A stretch of 63,783 nucleotides of DNA, filler included, from Octopus bimaculoides (GCF_001194135.2; 5 parts of 4 records of this genome joined end to end with filler, not necessarily neighbours in it); one strand, 5' to 3'; counted from the whole stretch's first letter, positions 13,440-25,490 are shown. The notes: generated from the sequence alone by a model not told the origin. Made by a program: numbers and translations.

Positions 13440-13601
13440 GTCGGCTCTTAGCCAATCTGTTCGGCATTGTCATTTTCCGTCACTTCGGCTGTTGAGATCA
13501 CAGATTTTCATCTACTTGTGTCGCCGTGGGTTCTTTGACTTATTTTATTTTTGTCGAGATCCGTCCTGATCAGTGAGAACAGGCTTTCCTTGCTGGTAAG
13601 G
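13440..13601 (+). promoter_or_regulatory. Candidate promoter / non-coding first exon
   Basis: Locally CpG-rich; NF-Y-type TAGCCAATC (CCAAT 13452-13456); donor GCTG|GTAAGG at 13595/13596; no ATG in the putative exon. Confidence 0.25.
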
Positions 13602-14544
13602 ACTTTCTACTAAATAAAAGGTTCAGGTCTTTTCCTAAACATGACTGATCACTCAAAAGTGGGACAACCAGTATCTTAGGAGAGGCACTTCACTCGGTGA
13701 AAAGTTTTATCTCTACACAGACTCACATTTTTCAATATTTTTTTTATATACATGCTTTATGGTTTATATTCTGTACATTATTGACTAATTTTTATTGTCC
13801 TATTTTTTGTATAATACTTCAAACTCATATATACTGATTCAATATAACCTAACTTTTGTTGTGTTTTTCCTGTTTTCTTTTTTTCTTTCTATATGCTTAC
13901 TGAATGACAAATCTACATTTTGAACTAGTAATCTTTATTGCAAATGGTTATTTTTCAGAATTGAATTAAATTATCCCTTTACACTAAATAATTTCATTTT
14001 TCTATTACTCTAAGGTAGTTTCATCTCTCTGCATTATTTATTTTTATTTTAAACGCATTTTGTGGGGAAATAAAAGTTGCAAATTTTGAATAGTTAGACG
14101 AATTATTCAATAAATTTCTAATGTAAGGGAAATAACTCCAAATAGAGTGTTATATTTATTTAGGAGTTATTTTTCATTAACATTATAGGTCTTGTATTTC
14201 AAGACGGTAATTTTTTTTTTTTTGCCAAATATACACGCACTATATATTTTTTTCTTTCTCGTTTATTACTGTACTTATCTAATTATTTTAACTTATGTCC
14301 ATTGTCCGGAAATTTTTCATCACATACTTGTGACATCTTCAGCGACACTTTTCGTTTTCGTGTGTGTTCTTGCTCCACTTATTCCATTCTGTTCTTCTAA
14401 GGACGTTCTCTTCAATTTTTAAGTATTTTGAAGTCTTCTTGTAAGGAAGGAGATGGTTTCTAAGATACAGTACTCCATCATTGGAATGTAGGTAGCAAAA
14501 CAAAATCACATTTCGAACTCGAGAAAAGACTTGCATATATATGA

Positions 14545-14652
14545 ATAAGTATAAATATATAGATGTTTTCGATCTAGTTTGGATTCTTTGCCATCAAATT
14601 TGATGGCAAAGAATCCAAACTAGATAGAAAACATCTATAAATATATACTTAT
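14545..14652. repeat. 108-bp loopless near-perfect palindrome
   Basis: Centre CCATCAAA|TTTGATGG at 14598/14599; arms match with about 3 mismatches, the inner 27 bp perfectly. Confidence 0.95.
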
Positions 14653-14779
14653 ATATAAATATATAAGTATAAATATGTATGTATGTATACACACATTGAC
14701 CACATTCTAGTATTCACGTCTATATTTAAATACGTCATATATTATTAAATATAACGTATATAATAATTATTGCCTAAGA

Positions 14780-15855
14780 CAGGGGTGGGGAACTTTTTTC
14801 TTCGTGAATGCCACCTTACAATTCATCGCCCCTCTTTGAGGCCGCATTGAACAAATATTTGTTTTGTCATTTTATCCCTAGGCTTAGGCCGCTAAGTTAT
14901 TTAATAGTAATGTCATAAAAAAAAGATGGGTAAATAAAAATTGGAAATATGACATTTTCAAATATTTTACTTAAGTAGGAACTTTTTTTTATAAGTAAAT
15001 GAATAATTATCTTTTTAAAAAAGTCAAGCTTAGAAACACCGAGAATATGAAATTTTGAAATATTTTATTTAGGTATGTATTTACTCGTTATTCAAATTAA
15101 CGACTTCTTTGAGTTTGCTTCTTTTTTTTTTTTTTTGAGAAAACATTTTGATATCAGGTTCTAACATAGTGGTTCTTAGTATCAATTGGTCCTATTTTCC
15201 AAGCAAATATGCATCTTTATAGCTGGCTTCTGTCGCACCATTTCCTTGATGTAACACAGAATGGAAAAATTGTCTTTGCTTTTGCTTTCCATCTTTCAGT
15301 TTCAGCAGTGCTATCTTTCGGGATTCACCCTCTAATTTGGTATATTTTTTTGCCTTTATGAAGAACATAATGCTGCTGTGCATTGAATTTCTTAACTGTT
15401 ACAATTGCGGTATCACAAAGCAAACAAGACATTTTGCCTCCACTATTCACTAAAAAATATTGTAATTCCCATTCTTCATTTTCTTCTTTCAAAGTTCGTT
15501 TCAATTTCTTCGACATACTTATGGATTGAAAATTGTTTTTATCCTGGAATACCGATAAAAAATAAAAGGATGATAATAAATTAGTAAGGCCGGTTGCACA
15601 CTGATCCAGAAAAACCGATCTCAGACAAGATACGAAGTTTATATTCGTTAGGTTCATAGAAAAATGCTTCTAATTCCTGGGAGCGACATCACTGAACACA
15701 GTTATTTTTTCTCTCATCTATGTGTGCGTGCGTGTGTGTGTGTGTTGTAAATTTATGCATGAAAAACTATAGACAAAAAAAAAATCAAGGTCTTAAAAAA
15801 TATATATTAACATTTACATCAAAGACTGCAGAAGGCCACAGGTTCCCCATCCCTG
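14780..15855 (-). mobile_element. Internally deleted hAT (Charlie/SPIN-like) transposon
   Basis: TIR CAGGG(G/A)TGGGGAAC; perfect 8-bp TSD GCCTAAGA (14772-14779, 15856-15863); minus-strand frames give a BED-type N-terminus (EEWELQYFLVNSGGKMSCLLCDTAIVTVKKFNAQQHY; ATEASYKDAYLLGK); catalytic region missing. Confidence 0.9.
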
Positions 15856-16639
15856 GCCTAAGACAATAAAATGTCACATAAGCTCTGACGTGTCTGCCAA
15901 GGATCGATACCAAGCCTAATTTTTACGCTGAGTAATAGAAGTCGTCATTCTATCTCAGGTATCATTCCAATGTGATTTGATATATGTATTATGGTTTTGC
16001 CTTTCATCCTTTCAGGGTCGATTAAATAAGTACCAGTTAATCACTGGGTCGATGTAATCGACTTAATTCCCTTGTCTGTCCTTGTTTGTCCCCTCTATGT
16101 TTAGCCTCCTGTGGGCAATAAAGAAATAAATATTGATACATAACGACATCGTATATCTGACATTGAGGGTATTTGAGAAACTATAGGAAGAAGTGATCTA
16201 GTCACTAATGTAACTAAATGCTACCATATTACCTATGAGAGACTATTAGTTTCAATAATTTTCATGAAAGGTTCTAATGTTTTCATTTTTGACCTGATGA
16301 CGTAATAAACAATATTTTACGGAAACATAATCGCAGTGGACTACATCGGTAAATGCTCCAAAGCTCATCACTACATGTCTTGAAATGGCCACCAAACAGA
16401 TTGATTGGAAAAGTAACCTCAACTGTAAGCTACTAATACATCTCTGATTCGCAAATGTGTTAGTAGCTCATCGTAAAAGCATCAGACTACACTGATAGAG
16501 CTAGATATCCAGAGTTCAACAGTGAACCACAAAAAAATCCGACGTTCTTTTTTTTTTTTTCTTAGTGAACCGCGTACGGGTGTACTTGTCCAAATTTACC
16601 CAAAAAAAAATTTGGTCCGAAAACGTAGCATAAGACCGA

Positions 16640-17130
16640 ATAGAGATGGGAAGTGATGAAATTGAAGAGAGGAAGGAGTAGTGAATATATGCCGGGACAT
16701 GACAGCTGAAACCTCGCGCAGATTAAGAGCAGGATGGAAAACATTTGCTTTGATTAAGTACAGCTGGAAAAGATCCTGCGTACCAATCTCTTTAATAGCA
16801 CAGTCCTATATATCTGTGCTCCTATATGTAAATGAGATATGGACTACTTCTACCACACAGAAGATCATGGAAAGACCCATGTTAAGAGTATCGTTGGAGG
16901 AACATACCTGAAATGGAAACGGTATATGAATGATGTGATTACGGAATACCGAAAACACAACTTCCGCTAATATCGAGTGGTATCCAATAAATTGGAAACG
17001 ATTGCTCTTAAAACCTTCAAATCCATGGGTTGATAACAATAAAAAAGAATTCGAGCTGGAAAGGAAGAGAAGGGCGCAATCAAAGGCGAAAGAGAAGTGT
17101 ATTATGGCCAGGAATATATAAGTCTGGTAA
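16640..17130 (+). mobile_element. RTE LINE RT C-terminal remnant
   Basis: ETSRRLRAGWKTF..., SVLLYVNEIWTT...QKIMERPMLRVSLEEH, typical of the RTE post-RT region. Confidence 0.7.
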
Positions 17131-18825
17131 ATAGAGTCGGAAAATGTCATTTAAGAGAATTTTATCTAAGATATTTTTATGAATTCTTAATGAATTTAGA
17201 AAACGAATATACAAACGAAATTTAATGGCTGAAAACAAAAGAAACTTATTTCTATACACGAAGTTTTAAAAATAATTTGTACTACTGTGTTCGTACCACC
17301 GATTTCGTTTTCCGTTTAACCACCCTGCGTGGTTATATTTATATACTTATTTATTTTATATTGAATTTTGAAGTCTAGTAAGATGGTTCCCTTTACAAAA
17401 ACATATAAACAATAAAAAGTGTAATTGAAATGTCAATCATCACATTTTCATTTTTATCATCTTGCAGTACAGATGGCAACAGATGTTAGTTTGTTTACGT
17501 ACCCGTAATCTAGCAGTTCGGCAAAAGAGACCGATAGATTAAATACTAGGATTACAAAGATTAAGACCTGAACATCTATAAGATTAAGACTTGAATATCT
17601 ATAAGATATTTGATAAACATTTAAATCTAGGGTATCTACTTTCTAGTAGCAAATATAACAATATCAAACACAACTCACATAAGCACACACACACACCTTT
17701 TAAGGTATCATCAAGGTGACGAGGTAGAGTTCATATTTTTTTTTTTTTTTGCAACCTCACCGACACTGATAGATCGATATTGTTGATGTTCATGTTGAAA
17801 CTTGTATCAGTAGACATCTGACAGAAGAAACGAGAAATACAGTAGATTCCAGAGGGATAAGGTTACTGGGTGGGGTTAAAGTTGATAGTACTGGTTTAAG
17901 ACGTCAGAGGGTGTTGGCTAGGTATCATAAAACATACCAAGTGATATGGTTAGAACGTTGACATTCCAGCAGTTTGACCTGGAGATCCAAAACAACTACA
18001 CCACGTAATTCTTTTACTTGTTTTAGTCATTAGACTGCGGTCATGCTGAATTTTTTGGATTTTTTGTCGAATGAATTGTCAGTAGCACGTATCATTTAAA
18101 GCCTGGTACTTATTCTATCGGTCTCTTTGCCAAACCGCTAAGTCACAGAGAGTAAGCACATCACCGGTTGTCAAGCGGTGGGGGGGGGGGACATACATAA
18201 ACACACACACACACACACACGACTGGCTTCTTTTAGTTTCCGTCTAAGCTTCGGGAGCGAATGCCAAGCTGTACAACATGTCGTTTCCAAATTTCTGGTA
18301 GAGTGAATTGTGTCATGGGACTTTTTCTCACAGACGGTGTCCAACTGAATCTACTATACTGTGTAGTCGACAAAATGAGAAACAAACAATGCACATCCGC
18401 GAAATTAAAAATATAAAATGGCGACAATTTACCCATCGTACCCTGTATATGTATGTATGTATGTAATCCAAAATTAGGGAATGGAGTGGATGAAATCCAG
18501 GCTACATATGTTTCATAGCTGGCAGAACCTCGGAAGTAGTAAATACCCAAACGAGGGGTAATCTCTAATTGTGGATTTTTATTCGCATACACACCAACCC
18601 CAGCTACCAAACGTAAACTATAAAATAACTTTTATCAGCTTATCGAAATTCGATATGGAAAAAATGTCCAGCCTTCTACGTCAATAAACCACTATTGTTC
18701 TTGAATGTTTTTTTTACACCTTCTACGGACTGCTCGAAGCTTACTAACTTCCCACACCTTGATCTTTGGGTTTTACCTTTATATGTTGTGTGTATGTATA
18801 TATATATATATATATNNNNNNNNNN

Positions 18826-19001
18826 CAGATATGCATCTATATATACATGTAGATGAAGGTATGTACATACATGTACATATATATGCATATACTCATATAT
18901 TATTTGTATATATATATATACAAATAATATATGAGTATATGCATATATATGTACATGTATGTACATACCTTCATCTACATGTATATATAGATGCATATCT
19001 G
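18826..19001. repeat. 176-bp perfect palindrome beside a 10-N gap
   Basis: CAGATATGCATCT...AGATGCATATCTG, centre in (TA)7 at 18907-18920; the ORF track gives the same peptide on both strands. Confidence 0.95.
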
Positions 19002-19460
19002 GGTACATGACGTTGCAAAAAAACATGGACAAAATGATAAACAAGGTACAGAAAACACAGAGGCCACATAGAGAACATTTACTTCATCAGCTGCCACTAT
19101 TATAACACTGGCGTTTCGAAGAGTTAGGGCAGGACGCATCGTTACAATGGCTCTTCTCACGGACACAAATTAAATTTGTTCCATGGAGGATAGTGGCGGA
19201 CGGAAAACAGAACAGGAAAACGAAACAGTGAAATAAACAAACAAAAAGGCTATACGGCCAGACGTGAAAAAGTATGTGTATATTGAATGCTGTGAAGCAC
19301 GAACTGGAATGAAACGGGACGAGGAATGTTCGTGTGTGCTTGGCGAGGCCAAGATATGAAAAGAATTAGTAGCTGGACACATGTGACCAGCGAGGGGTAG
19401 GGAAAAAAAGGGGAGGAAGTAGAATATAAGTGAGCAACGAGAGACATATATATATATATA
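18914..19460 (-). mobile_element. PLE pseudo-LTR-like / retrozyme-like repeat, copy 1
   Basis: Homologous to 53940-54375 (+): shared TTCAATAT..TCACGT.TGGCC.TA..GC.TTTT, the hammerhead-core block, and the terminal GTACCC.GATATGCATCTATATATACATGTAGATG block. Confidence 0.7.
19082..19137 (-). ncRNA. Candidate non-circularly permuted (pseudoknotted) hammerhead ribozyme
   Basis: Minus strand reads GCGU C CUGCC CUAACU CUUC GAAA CGC CAGUGUUAUAAUAGU GGCAG CUGAUGA AG. Helix III GCGU/ACGC, GUC site, helix I CUGCC/GGCAG, both core strands intact; helix II is short and weak. Confidence 0.65.
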
Positions 19461-19494
19461 TAAAATCAAATTTTAAAAATACCATTGATACAAT

Positions 19495-21655
19495 AAGCAA
19501 AATGTGACGTGAGTCACTTGTAATAACACGGGTACAAACACATTCATGAAACTGTTGGAAGAATTCACATATTTTTGCAATATTTGTTACTATGAAAAAA
19601 TAATTGGTTTAGCAAAACGTTTTACTTCTCTGTTATACAGCGATGTTGTAAAGAGAGTATTAGAGAAGGCTATTTCAAACTTAAGCCTTATTGAGTTTCA
19701 AGAAAACTAAACTTGTTTTCTTGTATTTGATATCTAACTCTTTTTTTAAATCCTAATAGTAAAAATATATAGTTGCAGTCCTGTTGCTTTTTATCAAAAG
19801 TATTTTGCAATTAAAAACCTAGCTAGACACATTTGAAGATTATTACCAAGAGGATTCTTCTGACCTTTGCTTCTACATTGCGAGAAACATTGCCAAATGG
19901 TTTAAAACAAATGTTTCTTTTCCACTTTACAGTGTTAGATTGTCTCTCTTGGTGCGACGTTGTGAGCGTGAAATTCTCATTACAGAAGTTTTGTTTCAAA
20001 AATGCTCTGATGTAATAATAACAATATATCCACGGCAATAAAACAACAGCACACATACATGCATGCATGCATACATGCATGCATGCATGCATGCATACAT
20101 ACATACATACATACATACATACATACATACAAACATATTTGTAAACAATAGACCTGATATAATGATTTGGGATAGAGAAGAGAAACTGTGTACAGTTGTG
20201 GAAATCAGCTGCCTAGCGGATGTTAACATATAGCTAAAGATCAGTGAAAAAGAGAATGTCTACGCTGAACTATCGAGAAAATCTGAAGTTACACTATCCA
20301 AGTTCAGGTTTATACCTGTAATTATTGAAGGCACTAGGATATGTAACACACTGCCAATCTCGAGAAATTAGGCTTCTGTCCGGCCAGTTTAATACACTTT
20401 GATTTTATCGGAAATTTCTACACAGATGCGAAAATTATTACCACTTTTGAGAGAAATTAATACACCCGTATATACATAATCACATGTATATAGAAAATCA
20501 ATACCGTTTTAAGGCTTAATCAAGGTGTAAGAATAAATTTCATGCTTTTTGTAGGTTCACCGAGACTGGTTAATCGATACTGTTGATTTTCATATGAAAC
20601 GTCTGTCAGACATTTTCAGGAAGAAACGAAGGAATACAGGGTATTCTAGTATACTGACGTTGTTCCGAAGACAGATTGCCTAATGTTGTTCGTGCAGGGC
20701 TGAGGCGGGAGAGGATGAGGTTAGCTATTTTATAGCAAACGCGCTATGGTTTATCGGATGACACGTCGATATACCATCAATTTGACCTGAAGATTCACAA
20801 CAACAACAATAATAACAACGCAACTTAACTAAAATAAAGATAGCTTGTAAAAAAGAAAGTTGTGACTATATTTTTCCGCATATAGTTTATAGTAATATCT
20901 GGTTTATAGCAACACCTGGTTTATAGCAAAAAAAAAACTGGTTTATAACAATACCTACTTCAGTGACATGCTAATTAATAACTATAAAAATATATTTATA
21001 AATCAGAAATTTTCAAAACAAATGTATAATAATGAGTATGTTACAATGAATAAAACGTGACGTGTCTCCCTTCTAGCAAAACAAGTACAAACATATTTAT
21101 GAAACTGTTTGAAATCATTCATATATTTAAACATTATTGCAATATTAAAAGTGTTGCGAATAAATTGATCCTGTTATAGGGCAAGATGGTGAAGAGAGTG
21201 ATAGGAAGGTAATTTCAAACTTAAACCCATTGGTTTTCGGGAAAGCTAATCTCGTTTTCTTGTTTTTAGTAGAGAGAAATTATATTTTAAATACTTTTTT
21301 TTTACAATATAAATAGAAATATCAAATATACTTCGAAAGGAAGATAACTTTAAGATTTGTGTATATGTCTGGAAAACATATTTGCTGTGTGGTTACTGCG
21401 TATCGCAAGTATTACAATTAAAGACCTGACTAGACATATTTAAAGATCATTGCATCGCAGTTACTTGGTGACATTTGTTTTTACACTACGAGAAAAATTG
21501 CTACGTGTTTTAAAACAGATGTTTCTTTTTCAATTATTATTGTTGAGATAGTCAGCAATGTGTATGTCAAGGTTGCTCTAACGAGTTTTACTTCAAAAAC
21601 GCTCTGACGTAACAATTAAAACATCCATGGTAACAAAACAAAAACGCACATACAT
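19495..21655 (+). repeat. Two diverged direct copies of an unclassified ~570-600 bp repeat (about 19495-20065 and 21050-21655)
   Basis: Colinear matches such as AAAA.GTGACGTG, GAAACTGTT.GAA, ATTTCAAACTTAA, CTAGACA.ATTT.AAGAT, TTTAAAACA.ATGTTTCTTTT, TTCAAAAA.GCTCTGA.GTAA. Confidence 0.8.
20144..20360 (+). mobile_element. Restriction-like endonuclease (REL) remnant of an R2/R4/NeSL-type non-LTR retrotransposon
   Basis: NNRPDIMIWDREEKLCTVVEISCLADVNI*LKISEKENVY...FRFIPVII matches the RPD-x-E-x-K REL pattern. Confidence 0.75.
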
Positions 21656-22056
21656 CTATGGAGAGAGAAAGATAGGCATATTCTATTTGTTTCGTTATTA
21701 TTATTATTTTCTTTTTGTCCCTCGTTCCTCCTTGTTTGTTCGTCTTGTTTTGTTATGTCGGATCTTGTTCAAAACGGGGGCACCAGTTTTCATTTATGTT
21801 TTATGTAGTGTTTTTGGTACCGAAAGACTTTCAAACTTCGTATACTTATCTATTTTGTGTTATAGAACAGAAAAAAATGTTTGTATTCGAATTTATTTCA
21901 TGTAAAAAATTGTCTTATTTCGATAATTTCAACCAATCACTGACAAGTATTCAGCTGTTTATACTTACTCCTTTGGCAGTTTAAGCGGTGTAAAGCGTAT
22001 TTAATCTCCATTACTTCTGACATTTTGCAGAGAGGCAACACACGTGTGTTCGTTTT

Positions 22057-22076
22057 CCCTAACCCTAACCCTAACC
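22057..22076 (+). repeat. Short interstitial telomere-type repeat (CCCTAA)3+
   Basis: CCCTAACCCTAACCCTAACC directly joined to a family-B SINE 3' tail. Confidence 0.7.
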
Positions 22077-22681
22077 GACTTGCTCCTTCCCTCAAAAACC
22101 AGGCCTTGTGCCTATAATAGAAAGGTTTATNNNNNNNNNNNNNNNNNNNNNNNNNNNNNNNNNNNNNNNNNNNNNNNNNNNNNNNNNNNNNNNNNNNNNN
22201 NNNNNNNNNNNNNNNNNNNNNNNNNNNNNNNNNNNNNNNNNNNNNNNNNNNNNNNNNNNNNNNNNNNNNNNNNNNNNNNNNNNNNNNNNNNNNNNNNNNN
22301 NNNNNNNNNNNNNNNNNNNNNNNNNNNNNNNNNNNNNNNNNNNNNNNNNNNNNNNNNNNNNNNNNNNNNNNNNNNNNNNNNNNNNNNNNNNNNNNNNNNN
22401 NNNNNNNNNNNNNNNNNNNNNNNNNNNNNNNNNNNNNNNNNNNNNNNNNNNNNNNNNNNNNNNNNNNNNNNNNNNNNNNNNNNNNNNNNNNNNNNNNNNN
22501 NNNNNNNNNNNNNNNNNNNNNNNNNNNNNNNNNNNNNNNNNNNNNNNNNNNNNNNNNNNNNNNNNNNNNNNNNNNNNNNNNNNNNNNNNNNNNNNNNNNN
22601 NNNNNNNNNNNNNNNNNNNNNNNNNNNNNNNNNNNNNNNNNNNNNNNNNNNNNNNNNNNNNNNNNNNNNNNNNNNNNNNNN

Positions 22682-22714
<33 letters not shown>

Positions 22715-22878
22715 TCATCAATTTCCATCAAATGATTTGTCAGTCTTCCCAGTTTAAAGACACGGGGCCTGTATTTATACGGTGTTCTTCTCTCGAAGCT
22801 GCTTTACAAACTGATACGGTGATCAGTTCATTCAACTGCTTTAAAGAGTTTTCATGCAATGGACATTCCACTAAAGGT

Positions 22879-23334
22879 GCTCTTTTGGCACGTGATCTAC
22901 AAGAGAGATTACTTTAGGTTACTTATTAAACCATTTTGTACATACTTAGCATTGAAAATGTATTTTTTCAAAATTCTTACTCTTTCAATAAGAAAACCAT
23001 ATGATAATTAAAATAAGCACATAGATCACCCACCAAAGTAAATTTGATTACGTAGATCACAAGGAAAGCAGGACTAACACAAATTACACTAAAAAGTAAC
23101 CTAAAGTAATCTCCCTTTCAATTGTAGATTACACGGCAAAGTGGCATGTTTCTTTTTCTTAAGAAATTATGAGAATTTAGTGCTGGTTTCTTGTAAAAAT
23201 ACAACAGCTTTCGTCTCGTTGCTGATCACATTGCAAAAATCTTTATCCAACATCTTACGGGATTTTAGAAATTGAAAAGGAAACTAAAAAGTAATCTAAA
23301 GTAATCTCCCTTGTAGATCACACGCCAAAAGAGC
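22879..23334. mobile_element. MITE/foldback element with ~50-bp inverted repeats
   Basis: 22879-22928 is the reverse complement of 23285-23334 (AAAGTAATCTAAAGTAATCTCCCTTGTAGATCACACGCCAAAAGAG); a further direct copy lies near 23090-23140. Confidence 0.7.
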
Positions 23335-23739
23335 AACCAACTAAGTCTCCATGAGACTCTGAAATTTACTAAAAATTCTTAGAACGTTGGATAAACTACC
23401 TTGCGATATTTAGTTATGGTGCATTACATCCCAAGGTCAACCTTGTCTTTCATCCGTCGATAAAATAAACCACTCCGTCGAGTACGGTCAATTTACATTC
23501 CAGTAATACACTTCAGATGTAAACTGAATCATGATAGAAGATTAAGAATATAGATTTCAACCGCTTTGAGATAAATAGTAAACGCTCTGATGTAAGGGAG
23601 GCAACTCTTTTTTTTAACTGAATCATTTTAGTGTGATGTAGCAAACAGCTGAGATAAAGTAACATGGAAGCGTCTGCGCAATTACTTGACCTACATGAAA
23701 TAACAGCCAATTCTCTCTTAAATCACACTGAATGTGATG

Positions 23740-24390
23740 ACCATGTTCAAGAAGGATCCGAATAAGAACATTATTGACAACTCCAGGCGAAGTTGTTCAC
23801 TATGGAATTGGCATTTGTTATCAGTAGCGTGATCGGAGATGCAAAATTCTCTAAGAACTCCAGTAGACCTGTACATGGCAACCTCCATCTTATGTGATAC
23901 ATCGTCGAAGGGGGTCAATGATAGATCTAGCTTCATTGAGTGAGAGCTAATCAAATTGATCAATTGAAACCTTTTGCCAGTATTGACCTTTGCTACCAAG
24001 TTGCTATCTTAGATGCAGCCTTCATCGTCGTGTCTTGAGAGACTGAATCTCTGCAATATAGAGCAACCAACATCTGTTTATTCGTATTGAACGGCCACAT
24101 ATCACATCGTGTTATCTACCAATTAAACATCCCACTTTTTCTCTCTCTTCTGTATGTCTTGGTGTTCGAGTTATGCCTCGGGGATGACAGAGAGCTATGT
24201 CTGCGTATACCGACGACTCATCATCATGGTTTGGCACACATCGAAAATCGACATGGTCGGCACTCTATACGAGTAGTATCGGGGGGTAACGGGAGTGTGG
24301 TTAAAGTGTTTGAACTCTGACTCGGCCCTAATTTTCCAGATAGAGAAAAACTTGGAAGTAATCGTAAAATGGGCGACCAGTGTCACTCAG
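23740..24390 (+). mobile_element. Tx1/L1-clade RT remnant
   Basis: Broken frames read KKDPNKNIIDN, NLHLM*YIVEGV, DQLKPFASID (DQSKAFDRVD-like), LSLLYVLVFE, MSAYTDD (YADD motif). Confidence 0.75.
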
Positions 24391-25129
24391 AAATGAAATC
24401 TGGGTTTGTCTTAATTTTTTTTTTTTTTTTTTTTTTTTGTGAAAGGGAGCGGCTCCGCTGGTTAGAAAATCGATCTGCTGTCAACAACCACTCTCGAGAA
24501 GCTCGCGGGTTGACTAAATTGATTATGCGGAAGCAAGCCTTGTGAAAGCCATAACTGCATAGATCCTTGAATAACAACAACGATGAACAAATACAGTCGC
24601 CGTCCGATCGGCTACGTCCCTATGTTGTAAAGTTGCTTGTGTGTTCATGTTGAACTGGTCAATGATATGCTTCATACATCTGAATTGTCATTTTTCAAAG
24701 TGAATGGCTTATCATTGTTGTAGTGAATGCGTGGAATGATGTTGTTGGCTGCGTGAATAATAACTGAAGCAAACTCACGAAACAATTAACCATAATATTT
24801 GGTGTTCCCTATTTAGAATGAACAATATTAATAATTACCGACCAGGAGGAGAGAAAAAATGCTCTGTGAATGTAAAAAAAACTATCTGTTTGACATCATG
24901 TGGTGTGTGGTCTGTCATCTGTGCAAATGTCCAAGGCGATCTTTGACGTCAGCGTTCTGTCGGCCGTCTGAGCCATGAGTTAAGCGCTATATGACGCTAC
25001 AGCTTCATGGTGAGTGATCAATTACGTGAAACTGTAGTGGCTCACACGTGGTGTCAAACTGAGTATCAAGCGCTTATGGTTCGAATCCCCGCTACACCTA
25101 CATTAACAACACTACAACCATCACTGGTT

Positions 25130-25490
25130 CTAAATCAGTGCCATATCACCCAGAACTTATGCTGTACATCTTTCAACTTCATACATTGCATCATCTGCAA
25201 ACTTTACCGAGCATTTAACATTGGGAAAACAGGTTACTGCCTTGCCGATCACGTTCGCGAGCACATTCAAAGCACATTACTGCGTATGCCAGGCCACCCA
25301 CTTCAACCCGTCACTTACTTCAACACAAAGAATCATTTCAAAATGCATTTATCAGTGTGTGACATCTCTGCACATCAGGGTACCACAGCCCAAAAATGTG
25401 AAGGAGCAATGTTTCATATTCAAGCACGAAACCATAATACTGACGGGTTTAGTTGAATGTTTTGCTTTTGCTTCTTCACCACTTCTTAGT
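25130..25490 (+). mobile_element. PLE GIY-YIG endonuclease remnant
   Basis: CTSFNFIHCIICKLYRAFNIGKTGYCLADHVREH ... YFNTKNH ... EQCFIFK, a decayed CTSSNVIYCI.C..C...YIGETGRRL.DRF.EH pattern. Confidence 0.8.

Noticed and set aside
20885-20950. CTGGTTTATAGCAA short repeats (and 17560-17610 repeats) as CRISPR-like arrays
   Set aside because: Only 2-4 units, no unique spacers of regular length, eukaryotic context; more likely MITE subterminal or slippage repeats.
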